Origin: Alphaproteobacteria bacterium
Lineage (GTDB): Bacteria; Pseudomonadota; Alphaproteobacteria; SMXQ01
Length of the DNA: 64,000 nt
Reading direction: 5' to 3'
Assembly (NCBI GenBank): GCA_029863585.1
Contig: JAOTVC010000001.1
Location: 2,704 to 66,703, forward strand
Shown piece by piece: positions 28,734 through 37,382 of the stretch. Within the stretch, counting starts at the first letter, position 1. Each line of letters opens with the position of its first letter. A program made the position numbers and the translations under genes. Below the pieces are notes generated by a model, which made no database searches, had not been told where the DNA came from, and worked only from the letters and a program-made list of their open reading frames with translations.

Positions 28734-29666
28734 GTGGCCATGAGAATCCTGATGGTCGGGGCCGGCGGTGTCGGCGGTTATTTCGGCGGCAGGTTGGCGG
28801 CGGCGGGCGACGACGTCACCTTCATTGCCCGCGGTGCGCATCTCGCGGCGATGCGCGAGACCGGCCTTCGCATCGAGAGCCCCTTGGGCGATGCCCGGGT
28901 CGATCCGGTCCAGGCGGTGGAGACGGCCCGGGGGCTGGATCCCATGGATGTCGTCTTCGTGGCCGTCAAGATCGGCGATACCGGGGACGCCATCGCAGCC
29001 TGCCGCGCGGCGGTGGGGCCGGATACGGTCGTGATTTCGTTGCAGAATGGCCTGGCCGCCGATGACGCGTTGATCGACGCCTTCGGCGCGGCCCGGGTCG
29101 CGGGCGGCGTGGCTTATATCGCCGCCCAGGTCGCGCGGCCGGGGCTGATCCAGCATATCGGCGCCAATCAGCGCATCCAGGTTGGCGAGCTCGCGGGCGG
29201 CACCAGCGCCCGGTGCGAGGCTATCGCCGCCCGGCTTCGCGCCGCCGGCATCGACGGCGAGGCGGTGGCGGACATCGTGCGCGCCATGTGGGACAAGTTT
29301 TCGTTCCTGGTGGCGCTCGCCGGTGTCACGTCGCTCACCGGCGAACCGATCGGTGTCATCCGCGCCGATCCCGACATGCGCGCTTTCCTGCATGAGGTGA
29401 TGAAGGAGACGGTGGCGGTCGGCCGCGCGCGCGGCGTCGACTTTCCTTCCGATTATGCCGACCAAAGGCTCGCCTTCGCCGATACCCTGCCCGAAGACAT
29501 GCGCTCGTCGATGTATCACGATTTGTCTGCGGGAAAGCCGCTCGAGCTCGATTGGCTGACCGGCGCGGTGGTGGAGATGGGAAAGGCCGCGGGCATTCCG
29601 ACGCCGGCCAACTTGGCGATCTATGCCGCCCTCAAATCCCGCCGCCACGGGGGCCGCACGTCCTAA
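28734..29666 (+). CDS. 2-dehydropantoate 2-reductase family oxidoreductase (PanE/ApbA-like)
   Basis: RILMVGAGGVGGYFGGRLAAAGDDVTFIARG Rossmann start and a C-terminal SSMYHDLSAGKPLELDWLTGAVV. Confidence 0.8.
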   Translation: MAMRILMVGAGGVGGYFGGRLAAAGDDVTFIARGAHLAAMRETGLRIESPLGDARVDPVQAVETARGLDPMDVVFVAVKIGDTGDAIAACRAAVGPDTVVISLQNGLAADDALIDAFGAARVAGGVAYIAAQVARPGLIQHIGANQRIQVGELAGGTSARCEAIAARLRAAGIDGEAVADIVRAMWDKFSFLVALAGVTSLTGEPIGVIRADPDMRAFLHEVMKETVAVGRARGVDFPSDYADQRLAFADTLPEDMRSSMYHDLSAGKPLELDWLTGAVVEMGKAAGIPTPANLAIYAALKSRRHGGRTS

Positions 29667-29730
29667 CATTGAACTAAATTACCCATGCGGGGGGCGGTGC
29701 AGCCGAGGTGGAGGCCGAAACGGCCCAACG

Positions 29731-29771
29731 GCTTGTTAACCCGATGTCCGCTAATAGCCATAAGCGGACAT
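29731..29771 (+). repeat. hairpin repeat family 1, copy R1 (GTTAAC flank on the left)
   Basis: GCTTGTTAACCCG followed by ATGTCCGC-N12-GCGGACAT. Confidence 0.85.
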
Positions 29772-29792
29772 AAGCGGCGGAAAGGTTACTGC

Positions 29793-29821
29793 AAAAAAAG
29801 AAACCCCCGCCGAAGCGGGGG
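29793..29821 (-). terminator. Rho-independent terminator (minus strand)
   Basis: CCCCCGC-CGAA-GCGGGGG hairpin. On the minus strand it is followed by TTTCTTTTTTT. It lies 230 nt downstream of the 30051 gene stop, so it may end a long 3' UTR or a separate small transcript. Confidence 0.6.
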
Positions 29822-29888
29822 CCAGGGAGAAAATTTCCATAAGCCCAGTAACACTAATCCTCAGTCGCGGGGCTGGCAAGGCGGTACC

Positions 29889-29921
29889 GTTAACCCAATG
29901 CCCGATTAAAGAAGCGGACAT
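29889..29921 (+). repeat. hairpin repeat family 1, degenerate copy R1b (GTTAAC on the left)
   Basis: GTTAACCCAATGCCCG...GAAGCGGACAT. The right arm is intact and the left arm is decayed. Confidence 0.6.
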
Positions 29922-30050
29922 GATGAGCTTCAAGGTTGGAATAGTTTTTTTTGCCTCTCTAACACTGCCTTTAGATCAAAGTCAGGAGCGCGGGTTGGTG
30001 AAAGCGCCGTTGATTTCTTGCAGTTTCAGAAGGACGATTATTCAGTTTGC

Positions 30051-30542
30051 TTAGTCTGAAGATTTTTTATCGTCAAGACTCCGCAAACCTCTCACGAAAG
30101 TAAATGTAAGTTCAGTATTTGATCTGGCACTCGTGGCAATCATCTTTTCGCCCTTAAGACGAAAGCTATGGTAGCAAATTTCAGCAAAAATTTTGCGATA
30201 AAACCAACAAAACCTTCCACTTTTGCTCACTGTCCAGGTCGTCTGTAGAGGTTGAGGATAGCCGTTGTTACGATCCCTTTCATAAACGAGTTTCTTGTCG
30301 TCGATGAAATAATAGGTACGCACTTCGCCTTTACCGTTTTTCTTCTCAAATCCACTTATCCTCTCCAAGGTATTACCAAGCATCAGCTTCCCAAATTCCG
30401 CACCGCTCATACCTCCAGCGGATGCTACGTGCGCATCGCTGAGGTACGTGCCAAAGAAAACACCAAACGCTGCGACTGTGATAAATGTGAAGCGACGCAT
30501 ATTCCTTTTATCCTTTCGAGTGGCCGAGCGCGTGTTCTGCAC
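30051..30542 (-). CDS. secreted hypothetical protein (DUF995-like)
   Basis: 163-aa ORF. The likely real start is MRRFTFITVAAFGVFF (ATG 30500), which gives a signal peptide. Lower G+C than the backbone. Family assignment is from memory only. Confidence 0.5.
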   Translation of the reverse strand: MQNTRSATRKDKRNMRRFTFITVAAFGVFFGTYLSDAHVASAGGMSGAEFGKLMLGNTLERISGFEKKNGKGEVRTYYFIDDKKLVYERDRNNGYPQPLQTTWTVSKSGRFCWFYRKIFAEICYHSFRLKGEKMIATSARSNTELTFTFVRGLRSLDDKKSSD

Positions 30543-30638
30543 GTAGGGCTATGTCACGCCCCGATCTCGGTTATCGATGAGTTGCTATGTCGGTTGCGGT
30601 AGTGATTGCCGCGTGTAAGACAACCGAGAACGGCGGCA

Positions 30639-30821
30639 CTATCTCCTACGATGCGTAGCCCCCTGGCGAGCAGATCCGCTGCGCCACATTGACGTGTGTT
30701 TGCATTTGGGACAGATGCGCTCGCCCGCCCATGCGCTGGTGAATGGACGCTGGCAGCTGAGGCAGTCACGCACTTTTGAAGCCATATCAACATCAGGTTG
30801 GGGTTTCACCGTGTAACTCAT
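30639..30821 (-). CDS. small zinc-ribbon protein
   Basis: 60-aa ORF with CLSCQRPF...ICPKCK (CxxC-N13-CxxC). The start could also be the internal ATG (MASKVRDC). Confidence 0.45.
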   Translation of the reverse strand: MSYTVKPQPDVDMASKVRDCLSCQRPFTSAWAGERICPKCKHTSMWRSGSARQGATHRRR

Positions 30822-30992
30822 GGAAAGATCCTTCTACTTGAAGAGAAATTGGCTGGGAACCAATCAAACAAAAGTGTTCGTTTCTTGGCATCGCCCTTGT
30901 CCCGAGGCCGGCGGTCGTGAACCTGGCCTGGCCTAGGCGTTCGTTCCCATCCTCACCGTCTCTTTATCCTTGGTGTGCCATTAATTGCCGCA

Positions 30993-31544
30993 TCATACCG
31001 CCCGCACCTCAATCACTTCCGGGATGTGATGCCGCAATAAATTCTCGATCCCGACCTTTAGAGTCGCGGTAGAGCTGGGACAACCCGAGCAGGAGCCTTG
31101 CATACGCAGGTAGACAACGCCGCGCTGGAAACCATGGAACAGGATGTCGCCCCCGTCCTGAGCCACCGCGGGACGGATGCGAGTCTCAAGAAGTTCTTTG
31201 ATCTTGGTCACGAGTTCGTCATCCTCGCCGGAGTCTGCATGCACCGAAATGGCGCTATCATCCGTGAACAGCGGCGCGCCGGCGGTGAAATGCTCCATGA
31301 TTGCGCCGAGGATCGGCGACTTGAGAAACGACCAGTCCTGGTCATCAGACTTCGTCACCGTGATGAAGTCGCCACCAAAAAACACGCCGGTTACGCCTTC
31401 GATCTCGTAAAGACGCATAGCCAAAGGTGAGGAAGCCGCGTCGTCCCGCGTCGCGAAATTAGCTGTGCCGCTTTCCATAACGGATTCGCCCGGGAGGAAC
31501 TTGAGTGTCGCCGGGTTCGGGGTTGCTTCGGTTTGAATGAACAT
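30993..31544 (-). CDS. NifU-like Fe-S cluster scaffold/carrier (Nfu N-domain plus NifU C-domain)
   Basis: MFIQTEATPNPATLKFLPG start and a C-terminal GSCSGCPSSTATLKVGIENLL (CxxC). Confidence 0.85.
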   Translation of the reverse strand: MFIQTEATPNPATLKFLPGESVMESGTANFATRDDAASSPLAMRLYEIEGVTGVFFGGDFITVTKSDDQDWSFLKSPILGAIMEHFTAGAPLFTDDSAISVHADSGEDDELVTKIKELLETRIRPAVAQDGGDILFHGFQRGVVYLRMQGSCSGCPSSTATLKVGIENLLRHHIPEVIEVRAV

Positions 31545-31553
31545 CTGAAGCCT

Positions 31554-32561
31554 CTACTTTGCAATGTTGCCGGAAGGTCGGACCGGAACGCCGGCGCCAT
31601 GGGGAGACATTCCCTTTAGGAACTTGAAGAGATCACTGTCCGTGGAAAGGACGAGCGTGGTGTTCTTGGCGATGATGGTTCCATAGGACTGCATGGTCCG
31701 TGTAAATTCGTAGAATTCCACTGATGCCGGGCTTTGGTTGTAAGCCTTTGCGTAGATTTCCGTGGCTTTGGCATCCGCCACGCCACGAATTTCCTCGACC
31801 TTTCGGTAGGCTTCAGACTGGATCTTATTGAGGTCACGTTCACGATTACCACGAATTCGAGCGGCCTCTCCGTTGCCTTCGGATAAGAATCGTTCGGCTA
31901 TCTGCCGCCGTTCGCTGATCATTCGATCGTAGATCTTGGGGCGTACGCTTTCATTGTAGTTGATGCGCTTGAACCGGATATCGAGCAATTGAATACCGAA
32001 CACGCGCACCTTCTCAGCGGCCGCGGAAAAGATTTCCTGCTCGACCAGCATGCGCCCCTTCTGGATTGGCACAAGTGCCCCCATGTTCTGTTCGCGCTCA
32101 GCGTCGGTTAAAAGAGCGTCGCGCAGCGGCTCACGATCCTTCGTGGTGCGGATGATCTCGATCAGCTCATGCTTGGCGACCGCGTTGCGGGTTTCGCTGC
32201 CGAGGATATCGTCCAGGCGGGACTGGGCGCTGCGTTCGTCGCGCAGCCGCAGAAAGTACTGGAGCGGATCCGTGATCCGCCAGCGGGCGAACAGGTCGAC
32301 CGAGATGTAGAGCTTGTCCTTGGTCGGCATATCTGATGGATTTCCATCCCACTCGAGGACGCGTCGGTCAATCGGATTGACATCCTGAATGAAGGGTACC
32401 TTGAACTTTAGGCCGGCGGTGGTCACGGGCGCGCCCACCGGCTTGCCGAACTGCGTGATGATCGCCTGCTCGACTTCGCTCACCGTATAGATGGAACTCG
32501 ACGCGACGAACGAACTGGCCCCCAAAACCACAAGGATTGCTATTTGCATGATCTTGTTCAT
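31554..32561 (-). CDS. hflC: protease modulator HflC
   Basis: 335-aa SPFH/band-7 protein with an N-terminal TM helix. IITQFGKPVG...GLKFKVPFIQDV is collinear with HflC. Overlaps the hflK stop by 4 nt. Confidence 0.85.
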   Translation of the reverse strand: MNKIMQIAILVVLGASSFVASSSIYTVSEVEQAIITQFGKPVGAPVTTAGLKFKVPFIQDVNPIDRRVLEWDGNPSDMPTKDKLYISVDLFARWRITDPLQYFLRLRDERSAQSRLDDILGSETRNAVAKHELIEIIRTTKDREPLRDALLTDAEREQNMGALVPIQKGRMLVEQEIFSAAAEKVRVFGIQLLDIRFKRINYNESVRPKIYDRMISERRQIAERFLSEGNGEAARIRGNRERDLNKIQSEAYRKVEEIRGVADAKATEIYAKAYNQSPASVEFYEFTRTMQSYGTIIAKNTTLVLSTDSDLFKFLKGMSPHGAGVPVRPSGNIAK

Positions 32562-33622
32562 GGCTGGTCTCCCTTCTGGGCGCCCAGATCGAGAAGAGGC
32601 AGGATGCTGCGAGTCTGTTCATCGACGATGATCTTGGAGCGTATGCTCGGCAGGACGTCTTGAAGGGTTTCGATATAAATGCGGCGGCGGGTGACCTCCG
32701 GGGCCTTGCTGTATTCCGCCAGGAGCGCACTGAATCGGGCGGCATCGCCTTCCGCCTCATTTATCCTCTTGAGCCGGTAACCGTCCGCCTCCCGGATACG
32801 CTGATCCTTCTCGCCCTCGGCCAAGGGGATTACCTTGTTGTAGTCTCGGCGGGCTTCGTTGATCAGTTTCTCTTTCTCTTGCTGAGCCTGGTTGACCTCG
32901 TTGAAGGATTCCTGCACCGGTTGGGGCGGGTTAATGTTCTTTAATTGGACCTGATCGATGCTGATCCCCATTGCATATTTGGTTGAGAGCGCCTGCATCT
33001 TGGTCAACGCTTCCGTTTCGATTTCCTGCCGCCCGATCGTAATCACCTCATCCACGGTGCGATCGCCGACGACTTCCCGCATGACGGATTCGGAGACATA
33101 GCGAAGGGTTTCAGCTGGTTCCCGAACCTCGAAGAGGAACTTGACAGGATCCGCGATGCGATATTGGACCACCCACTCCACCAGGGCCGCATTCAGGTCA
33201 CCGGTCACCATCTGTGTTTCCCGGGTTGTATCGCGAGGACGAGGGCTTTGGTAAGGATCTCTGGCGCCAGGGGTCGTAAAACCGAATTCCTGTTTCAGCT
33301 GACGTTTAACGGGAACGATGGTCGCCGCGTCAATTCCAAGTGGAAGTTTGAAATGCAGGCCTGGTGGAACCTGCTTGACGTATTTGCCAAAGCGCTGCAC
33401 GACAGCGACGGAATCACTCGGCACGGTGTAATAGGCCGACCATGCACCCCAAGCGGCGAGAGCTAGGACGGTAATGATGATGATTCCGCGCGGCCCACCA
33501 CCTGGAATAATTTGTTTGAGTCGCGCTTGTCCCTGGCGCAACATATTTTCGAGGTCAGAACCGAGAGGGCCGCCTGTCCCCCACGGGCCACCTTGTCCGC
33601 CATTGCTGTTCTGTGATGTCAT
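32558..33622 (-). CDS. hflK: protease modulator HflK
   Basis: 354-aa ORF with a Gly-rich N-terminus, a TM helix and VVQRFGKYVKQVPPGLHFKLPLGID, followed by the SPFH domain and a coiled-coil tail. Confidence 0.85.
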   Translation of the reverse strand: MTSQNSNGGQGGPWGTGGPLGSDLENMLRQGQARLKQIIPGGGPRGIIIITVLALAAWGAWSAYYTVPSDSVAVVQRFGKYVKQVPPGLHFKLPLGIDAATIVPVKRQLKQEFGFTTPGARDPYQSPRPRDTTRETQMVTGDLNAALVEWVVQYRIADPVKFLFEVREPAETLRYVSESVMREVVGDRTVDEVITIGRQEIETEALTKMQALSTKYAMGISIDQVQLKNINPPQPVQESFNEVNQAQQEKEKLINEARRDYNKVIPLAEGEKDQRIREADGYRLKRINEAEGDAARFSALLAEYSKAPEVTRRRIYIETLQDVLPSIRSKIIVDEQTRSILPLLDLGAQKGDQP

Positions 33623-34122
33623 TGGGCTTTCCGATTCCTTTGTCGCGTAAAATCACATTTGGTGTGCCAATTGATTCGCGGCCAGAAGAACGCTCTCGAT
33701 GCGAATTCCTGGCGCTTTTTGGGCCAATCGTTCATTTTGGTCGAACTATCATCCCCTCGGCATCGGCTCGTGCTAAGGCCCGAATGTCGGCTTTTTTTGC
33801 GAGCGCCTCATCCTTTTGGTTCAAGGCACTCTTGATTTCCTCCTGGTCGTTGGTGTGCCTTCGGCGCTTGATCGCGTATCAAAGTGGCATCCAGCGCAAT
33901 CGGGTCGATCGTCATTGTGCGTATACGCCCCGGGAATTGTCGCTCCGCATGCAAATGAATCAGGGTCAGAATCCGGCGGTACGCAGGGAATGAAACGCCC
34001 GAAATTTCATGCTTTTTTTCTTTATCTAAAAGATGTGGGGCCAAATACCGGCGATAAGGCGCAATCCGGGGGCAGTGGCGCACTGCCGCCCGTTTCGCCC
34101 GTCGAGTCGATATTCGGCTTGT

Positions 34123-34245
34123 CTAATTGAGAATAAGGAATAAGACGAACGCGAGGAGAGCTCCGCCCATTATGACGTAACTAAGAATACTGGGCCGCGA
34201 ACCCTTGGTATCGGCATTTACGCCCCCAGGTGGCTGATCAGTCAT
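34123..34245 (-). CDS. candidate 40-aa tail-anchored membrane peptide
   Basis: Hand translation gives MTDQPPGGVNADTKGSRPSILSYVIMGGALLAFVLFLILN, then a stop. GGGAAGG lies about 8 nt upstream of the ATG. It is shorter than the ORF-track cutoff and has no homology evidence. Confidence 0.3.
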   Translation of the reverse strand: MTDQPPGGVNADTKGSRPSILSYVIMGGALLAFVLFLILN

Positions 34246-34453
34246 TTCTGGAACCTTCCCGTAAGGCCGGGTCTTCCGTGTCAGGAGCCTCATGGCCTAC
34301 GTCAATGCTACATGGGAACTCCGGTCAACTATAACAATAGGCAGCGGCGAATATATTCGCCAACGGTTGCTGACGCCCCCGCCTTTCGGTGGTGTGGTGA
34401 ACTTGGTTCGGTGCTCAAGGGGGGCAAGAAGCGTTGGTGCGATTCTGGCCGCT

Positions 34454-34489
34454 ATGTCCTCTTCGGGTCAGAAGAAGGCATCAATTGAG
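34454..34489. repeat. hairpin repeat family 1, degenerate copy R2
   Basis: ATGTCCTCTTCGGGTCAGAAGAAGGCAT. Loop and spacing are conserved but the arms are mutated, and the flank is too decayed to orient. Confidence 0.5.
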
Positions 34490-34586
34490 CGACACGGTTC
34501 ACACGAATTCCCAGCCCCGCCTTGCCAGCCCTAGCGGTGCGGAGTAGGGTTTCAATGTTTGCTCGTATGTAGATGTTGAGCCTTTG

Positions 34587-34617
34587 GCCCCCATTATTCG
34601 CGGGGGCTTCTTTTGTT
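34587..34617 (+). terminator. orphan terminator-like hairpin T1
   Basis: GCCCCC-N9-GGGGGC followed by TTCTTTTGTT. No upstream plus-strand ORF. Confidence 0.45.
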
Positions 34618-34728
34618 CGCCAAAGATCGCGGGGCCCTTGTATGAAACTGCGCGCATGGCCATATCGCTTTAAGGCGGGCTTGTTCACGCCAAACATTTG
34701 CGAGCCCATCTATCAGTAGCCGCTTACT

Positions 34729-34760
34729 GGGCCGCCCTTCGGGGCGGCCCTTTTAATTTT
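34729..34760 (+). terminator. orphan Rho-independent terminator T2
   Basis: Perfect 9-bp stem GGGCCGCCC-TTCG-GGGCGGCCC followed by TTTTAATTTT. No credible plus-strand CDS ends upstream. Confidence 0.65.
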
Positions 34761-34846
34761 AGATACCATCCCCAGCTTAGCCAGCCTGTTAGGCGCTCGT
34801 TAATACTCCACGCGCAGACTATTCATAATCCAAGCTTTGGCCGACT

Positions 34847-34870
34847 AGCCCCCTCTGCCAGGGGGCTTTA
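34847..34870 (+). terminator. orphan terminator-like hairpin T3
   Basis: AGCCCCCT-CTGCC-AGGGGGCT followed by TTATCT. The U-tract is weak. Confidence 0.35.
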
Positions 34871-34893
34871 TCTAGAGTGTTTGCGTGATCCCA

Positions 34894-34930
34894 ATGTCTG
34901 CTTTGGGTCAAAAGCGGTCATCGGATTAAT
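34894..34930 (-). repeat. hairpin repeat family 1, copy R3 (flank on the right, degenerate)
   Basis: ATGTCTGCTTTGGGTCAAAAGCGGTCAT followed by CGGATTAAT, which matches CAGGTTAAC at 6 of 9 positions. Confidence 0.75.
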
Positions 34931-35209
34931 ATCCGCCAATAGCCAACAGCGGACATGAGTAACAAAACGGCGCATCATTAGCCCGCCAGTCATACCGACA
35001 CCAATCGGCAATCGAATCGACATCGTCCGCATTGGTTTTTTCGCGGTTCGCCCGCGATATGAAAATGTGTGCATCTCCGTTAGCCCTCTCGACCGAAAGG
35101 CGACATTCTTGGTCGACAGACGCGGTGGTCTTCCTTATTTGGGAATAGCGGGCTCCTTGCTTGTCCGCTGGGACTTGTCAGTTGATGCTAAGGCGCCCCA
35201 CAGGGAGAT

Positions 35210-36349
35210 GTGGTCAAGGTCATGATTCAGAATCTCACGCGTGCGCTAGCCTTTGCCGGAACCATACTTTTGTTGGCAGCGAGCTCGTCGGCGGTCGCAC
35301 AGCAGGCGGGTGCGGCTGTCTCCATCGATTCTCCGGTGGCCGAGGATCAGTATCTCGCGGGCGGAACCGTTACGGTACGTACGCAGGTGGCCGGCGATGT
35401 GACCGCCGCCGGTGGAAAAATTCTTGTGGACGGTCAGGTCGGAGGCGACGTGAACGCCGCCGGTGGCGCTATCGACCTCTTCGGCCGGGTTCTCGACGAT
35501 GCAAGGCTGGCTGGCGGCATGCTCACTATCGGCGCCAAGCTCGGTGGTGACCTTGTCGCAGCCGGTGGGTCGGTTTTCGTGCTCCGAGACTCGGAGGTCT
35601 CGGGGCGGGCATGGCTTGGTGGTGGGCGCGTTGAGGTCCTTGGTCGGATCGGGGGAGAGCTCAAAGCCACAGGCGGCAAAGTGGTCATCAACGGGATCGT
35701 GAATGGCGATGTTCACGTCATCGGGCGACAGGTTCGCATTGGCTCGGCCGCACGTATCGCAGGTGATCTCACCTATACCAGCAGGCGCGAGGCCATTATC
35801 GACGCTGGCGCCAGGATCGACGGTGCGGTCAAGCGCTTGCCGCCGACGAAAATGGCGGTGCCGTCAGCTGCCGTCGCGATCGGCATTATGGGCGGATTGT
35901 GGTTGGTCGGATTGATCGTAATGGGCATGGCCCTTGTCCTCGTTTTTCCAACTGCAACGGCCCGCCTCACCGAGACGATCCAAGAGAATTCCGGGCGATG
36001 CGCCTTGGTGGGCTTTGCGCTTTTGGCGGCGGTGCCCTTGGCCTCACTGATCAGCTTTATGATGTTGATCGGCGTGCCGCTCGGGCTCGCCCTGCTTGCG
36101 CTATACCTGACTGCGCTTCTCGCCGCCTATTTGACGGGTGCGTTGTGGCTCGCCGAGCGAGTCCTCTCGTGGCTTGGTGGTGACCGGTCCCATCGGACGG
36201 GGCAGCGCGCGGGCTTCCTGGCAATCACCTTGATCGTGTTGATGCTGATTGGCTGGATTCCGATTGTTGGCTGGTTGGTTTTCCTCGCGATCTTGGTTCT
36301 TGGTTTGGGCGGTCTCAGCCTGCGGCTACACCGATTGGCAGGTGGCTGA
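35210..36349 (+). CDS. bactofilin-like beta-helix repeat protein with signal peptide and C-terminal polytopic membrane domain
   Basis: 379-aa ORF with signal peptide ILLLAASSSAVAQQ. About 170 aa are short G-rich repeats (GDVTAAGGKILVDGQVGGDVNAAGGAIDLFGRV...GGDLVAAGGSVFV...GGELKATGGKVVINGIVNGDVHVIG), followed by 4-5 hydrophobic helices. Confidence 0.65.
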   Translation: MVKVMIQNLTRALAFAGTILLLAASSSAVAQQAGAAVSIDSPVAEDQYLAGGTVTVRTQVAGDVTAAGGKILVDGQVGGDVNAAGGAIDLFGRVLDDARLAGGMLTIGAKLGGDLVAAGGSVFVLRDSEVSGRAWLGGGRVEVLGRIGGELKATGGKVVINGIVNGDVHVIGRQVRIGSAARIAGDLTYTSRREAIIDAGARIDGAVKRLPPTKMAVPSAAVAIGIMGGLWLVGLIVMGMALVLVFPTATARLTETIQENSGRCALVGFALLAAVPLASLISFMMLIGVPLGLALLALYLTALLAAYLTGALWLAERVLSWLGGDRSHRTGQRAGFLAITLIVLMLIGWIPIVGWLVFLAILVLGLGGLSLRLHRLAGG

Positions 36350-36510
36350 TCGAGTAAATGATGCTGCCACTCATTCTCGCTATACAACTAGCGACCATGT
36401 TTGGGATCGCATCCGTCTGTCTTCATCGAACGACCAAAGTCGCGCGGGTGGTTTGGGTAATGAATCCAGAGGCGGATAAACGGGTGTTCTCCTGAATGTC
36501 GCTGATCCTG

Positions 36511-36547
36511 ACGTCCGCCTTGGGTCAGAAGCGGACATTAGGTTAAC
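36511..36547 (-). repeat. hairpin repeat family 1, copy R4 (GGTTAAC on the right)
   Basis: ACGTCCGCCTTGGGTCAGAAGCGGACAT followed by TAGGTTAAC. Confidence 0.85.
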
Positions 36548-36682
36548 CCGCCCCAGTCACAACCAGGCACCGGAGCAGTCAACATACTCGTGATCGGGGG
36601 CGCCCGGGGGCGGCTTGCCAGGGCGTGAGATTGACCGTATACCAAGCCCCGCATCGATCAACGGGAGCCCGAGGAATCCGCC

Positions 36683-37378
36683 ATGACCCACGCCGTGACC
36701 GCACCGCCGGCCGTGACCCTGCCGATCGCCGGAAGCGAAGAAACCTACCCCGTCCGCCGCATCTGGTGCGTCGGGCGAAACTATGCCGCTCATGCAAGGG
36801 AGATGGGGTCCGACCCCGATCGCGAGCCCCCCTTCTTCTTCCAAAAGCCGACCGATGCCATCGTTCAGAACGGCGAGGCCATCCCCTATCCGCCGGGCAC
36901 CGGAAACCTGCATTACGAGATCGAGCTGGTGGTCGCCATCGGCAAGGCCGGGTTCAAGATCCCGGCGGAGAAGGCCTTGGAGCACGTCTATGGCTATGCC
37001 GTGGGGCTGGACATGACCCGGCGCGATCTGCAGAACGCCGCCAAGGACACCGGCCGGCCCTGGGAAATGGGCAAGGCCTTCGACCGTTCGGCGCCGTGTT
37101 CGGAGATTCAGCCGGCGTCGAAGATCGGCCATCCGGAGGCGGGCGCGATCTGGCTGAAGGTCGACGGCGCGATCAAGCAGGAAAGCGACATCAGCCACCT
37201 GATCTGGAACGTCAGTGAGACCATCGCGCATCTCTCCGACCTGGTGGAACTGCAGCCGGGCGACCTGATCTATACCGGCACGCCGGAAGGCGTCGGCCCG
37301 GTGGTCGCCGGCGAGGTCATGGAGGGTCATGTCGACGGCGTCGGCGACATCCGGACCCCGGTGACCGACCCGGCCTAG
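36683..37378 (+). CDS. fumarylacetoacetate hydrolase (FAH) family protein
   Basis: 231-aa ORF with RIWCVGRNYAAHAREMG, PFFFQKP, LHYEIELVVAIGK and GDLIYTGTPEGVGPV. Confidence 0.85.
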   Translation: MTHAVTAPPAVTLPIAGSEETYPVRRIWCVGRNYAAHAREMGSDPDREPPFFFQKPTDAIVQNGEAIPYPPGTGNLHYEIELVVAIGKAGFKIPAEKALEHVYGYAVGLDMTRRDLQNAAKDTGRPWEMGKAFDRSAPCSEIQPASKIGHPEAGAIWLKVDGAIKQESDISHLIWNVSETIAHLSDLVELQPGDLIYTGTPEGVGPVVAGEVMEGHVDGVGDIRTPVTDPA

Positions 37379-37382
37379 ACCC

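Noticed and set aside
29685-29933. ORFs 29685-29909 (+) and 29751-29933 (-), and similar short ORFs at 34868-35074, 43477-43881 and 56754-57044.
   Set aside because: They are read-throughs of the hairpin repeats (recurrent NPMSAF/DPKRT-type peptides in several frames), with no RBS and no coding bias.
33690-33930. Possible frameshifted VapB/ribbon-helix-helix-like antitoxin remnant on the minus strand (MTIDPIALDATLIR, then in another frame AIKRRRHTNDQEEIKSALNQKDEALAKKADIRALARADAEG).
   Set aside because: The similarity is only impressionistic, there is no toxin partner, and the two pieces need an assumed frameshift. This is not enough to call a feature.
34290-34760. tmRNA (including the permuted two-piece alphaproteobacterial form), tRNA, SRP RNA or RNase P RNA in the ORF-poor region.
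   Set aside because: I found no GGTTCGA-type T-arm followed by a CCA end, no plausible tag reading frame ending in AA-stop, no GAGGAAAGTCCGGG RNase P core and no GGAAGCAGCC SRP motif, here or elsewhere in the window.
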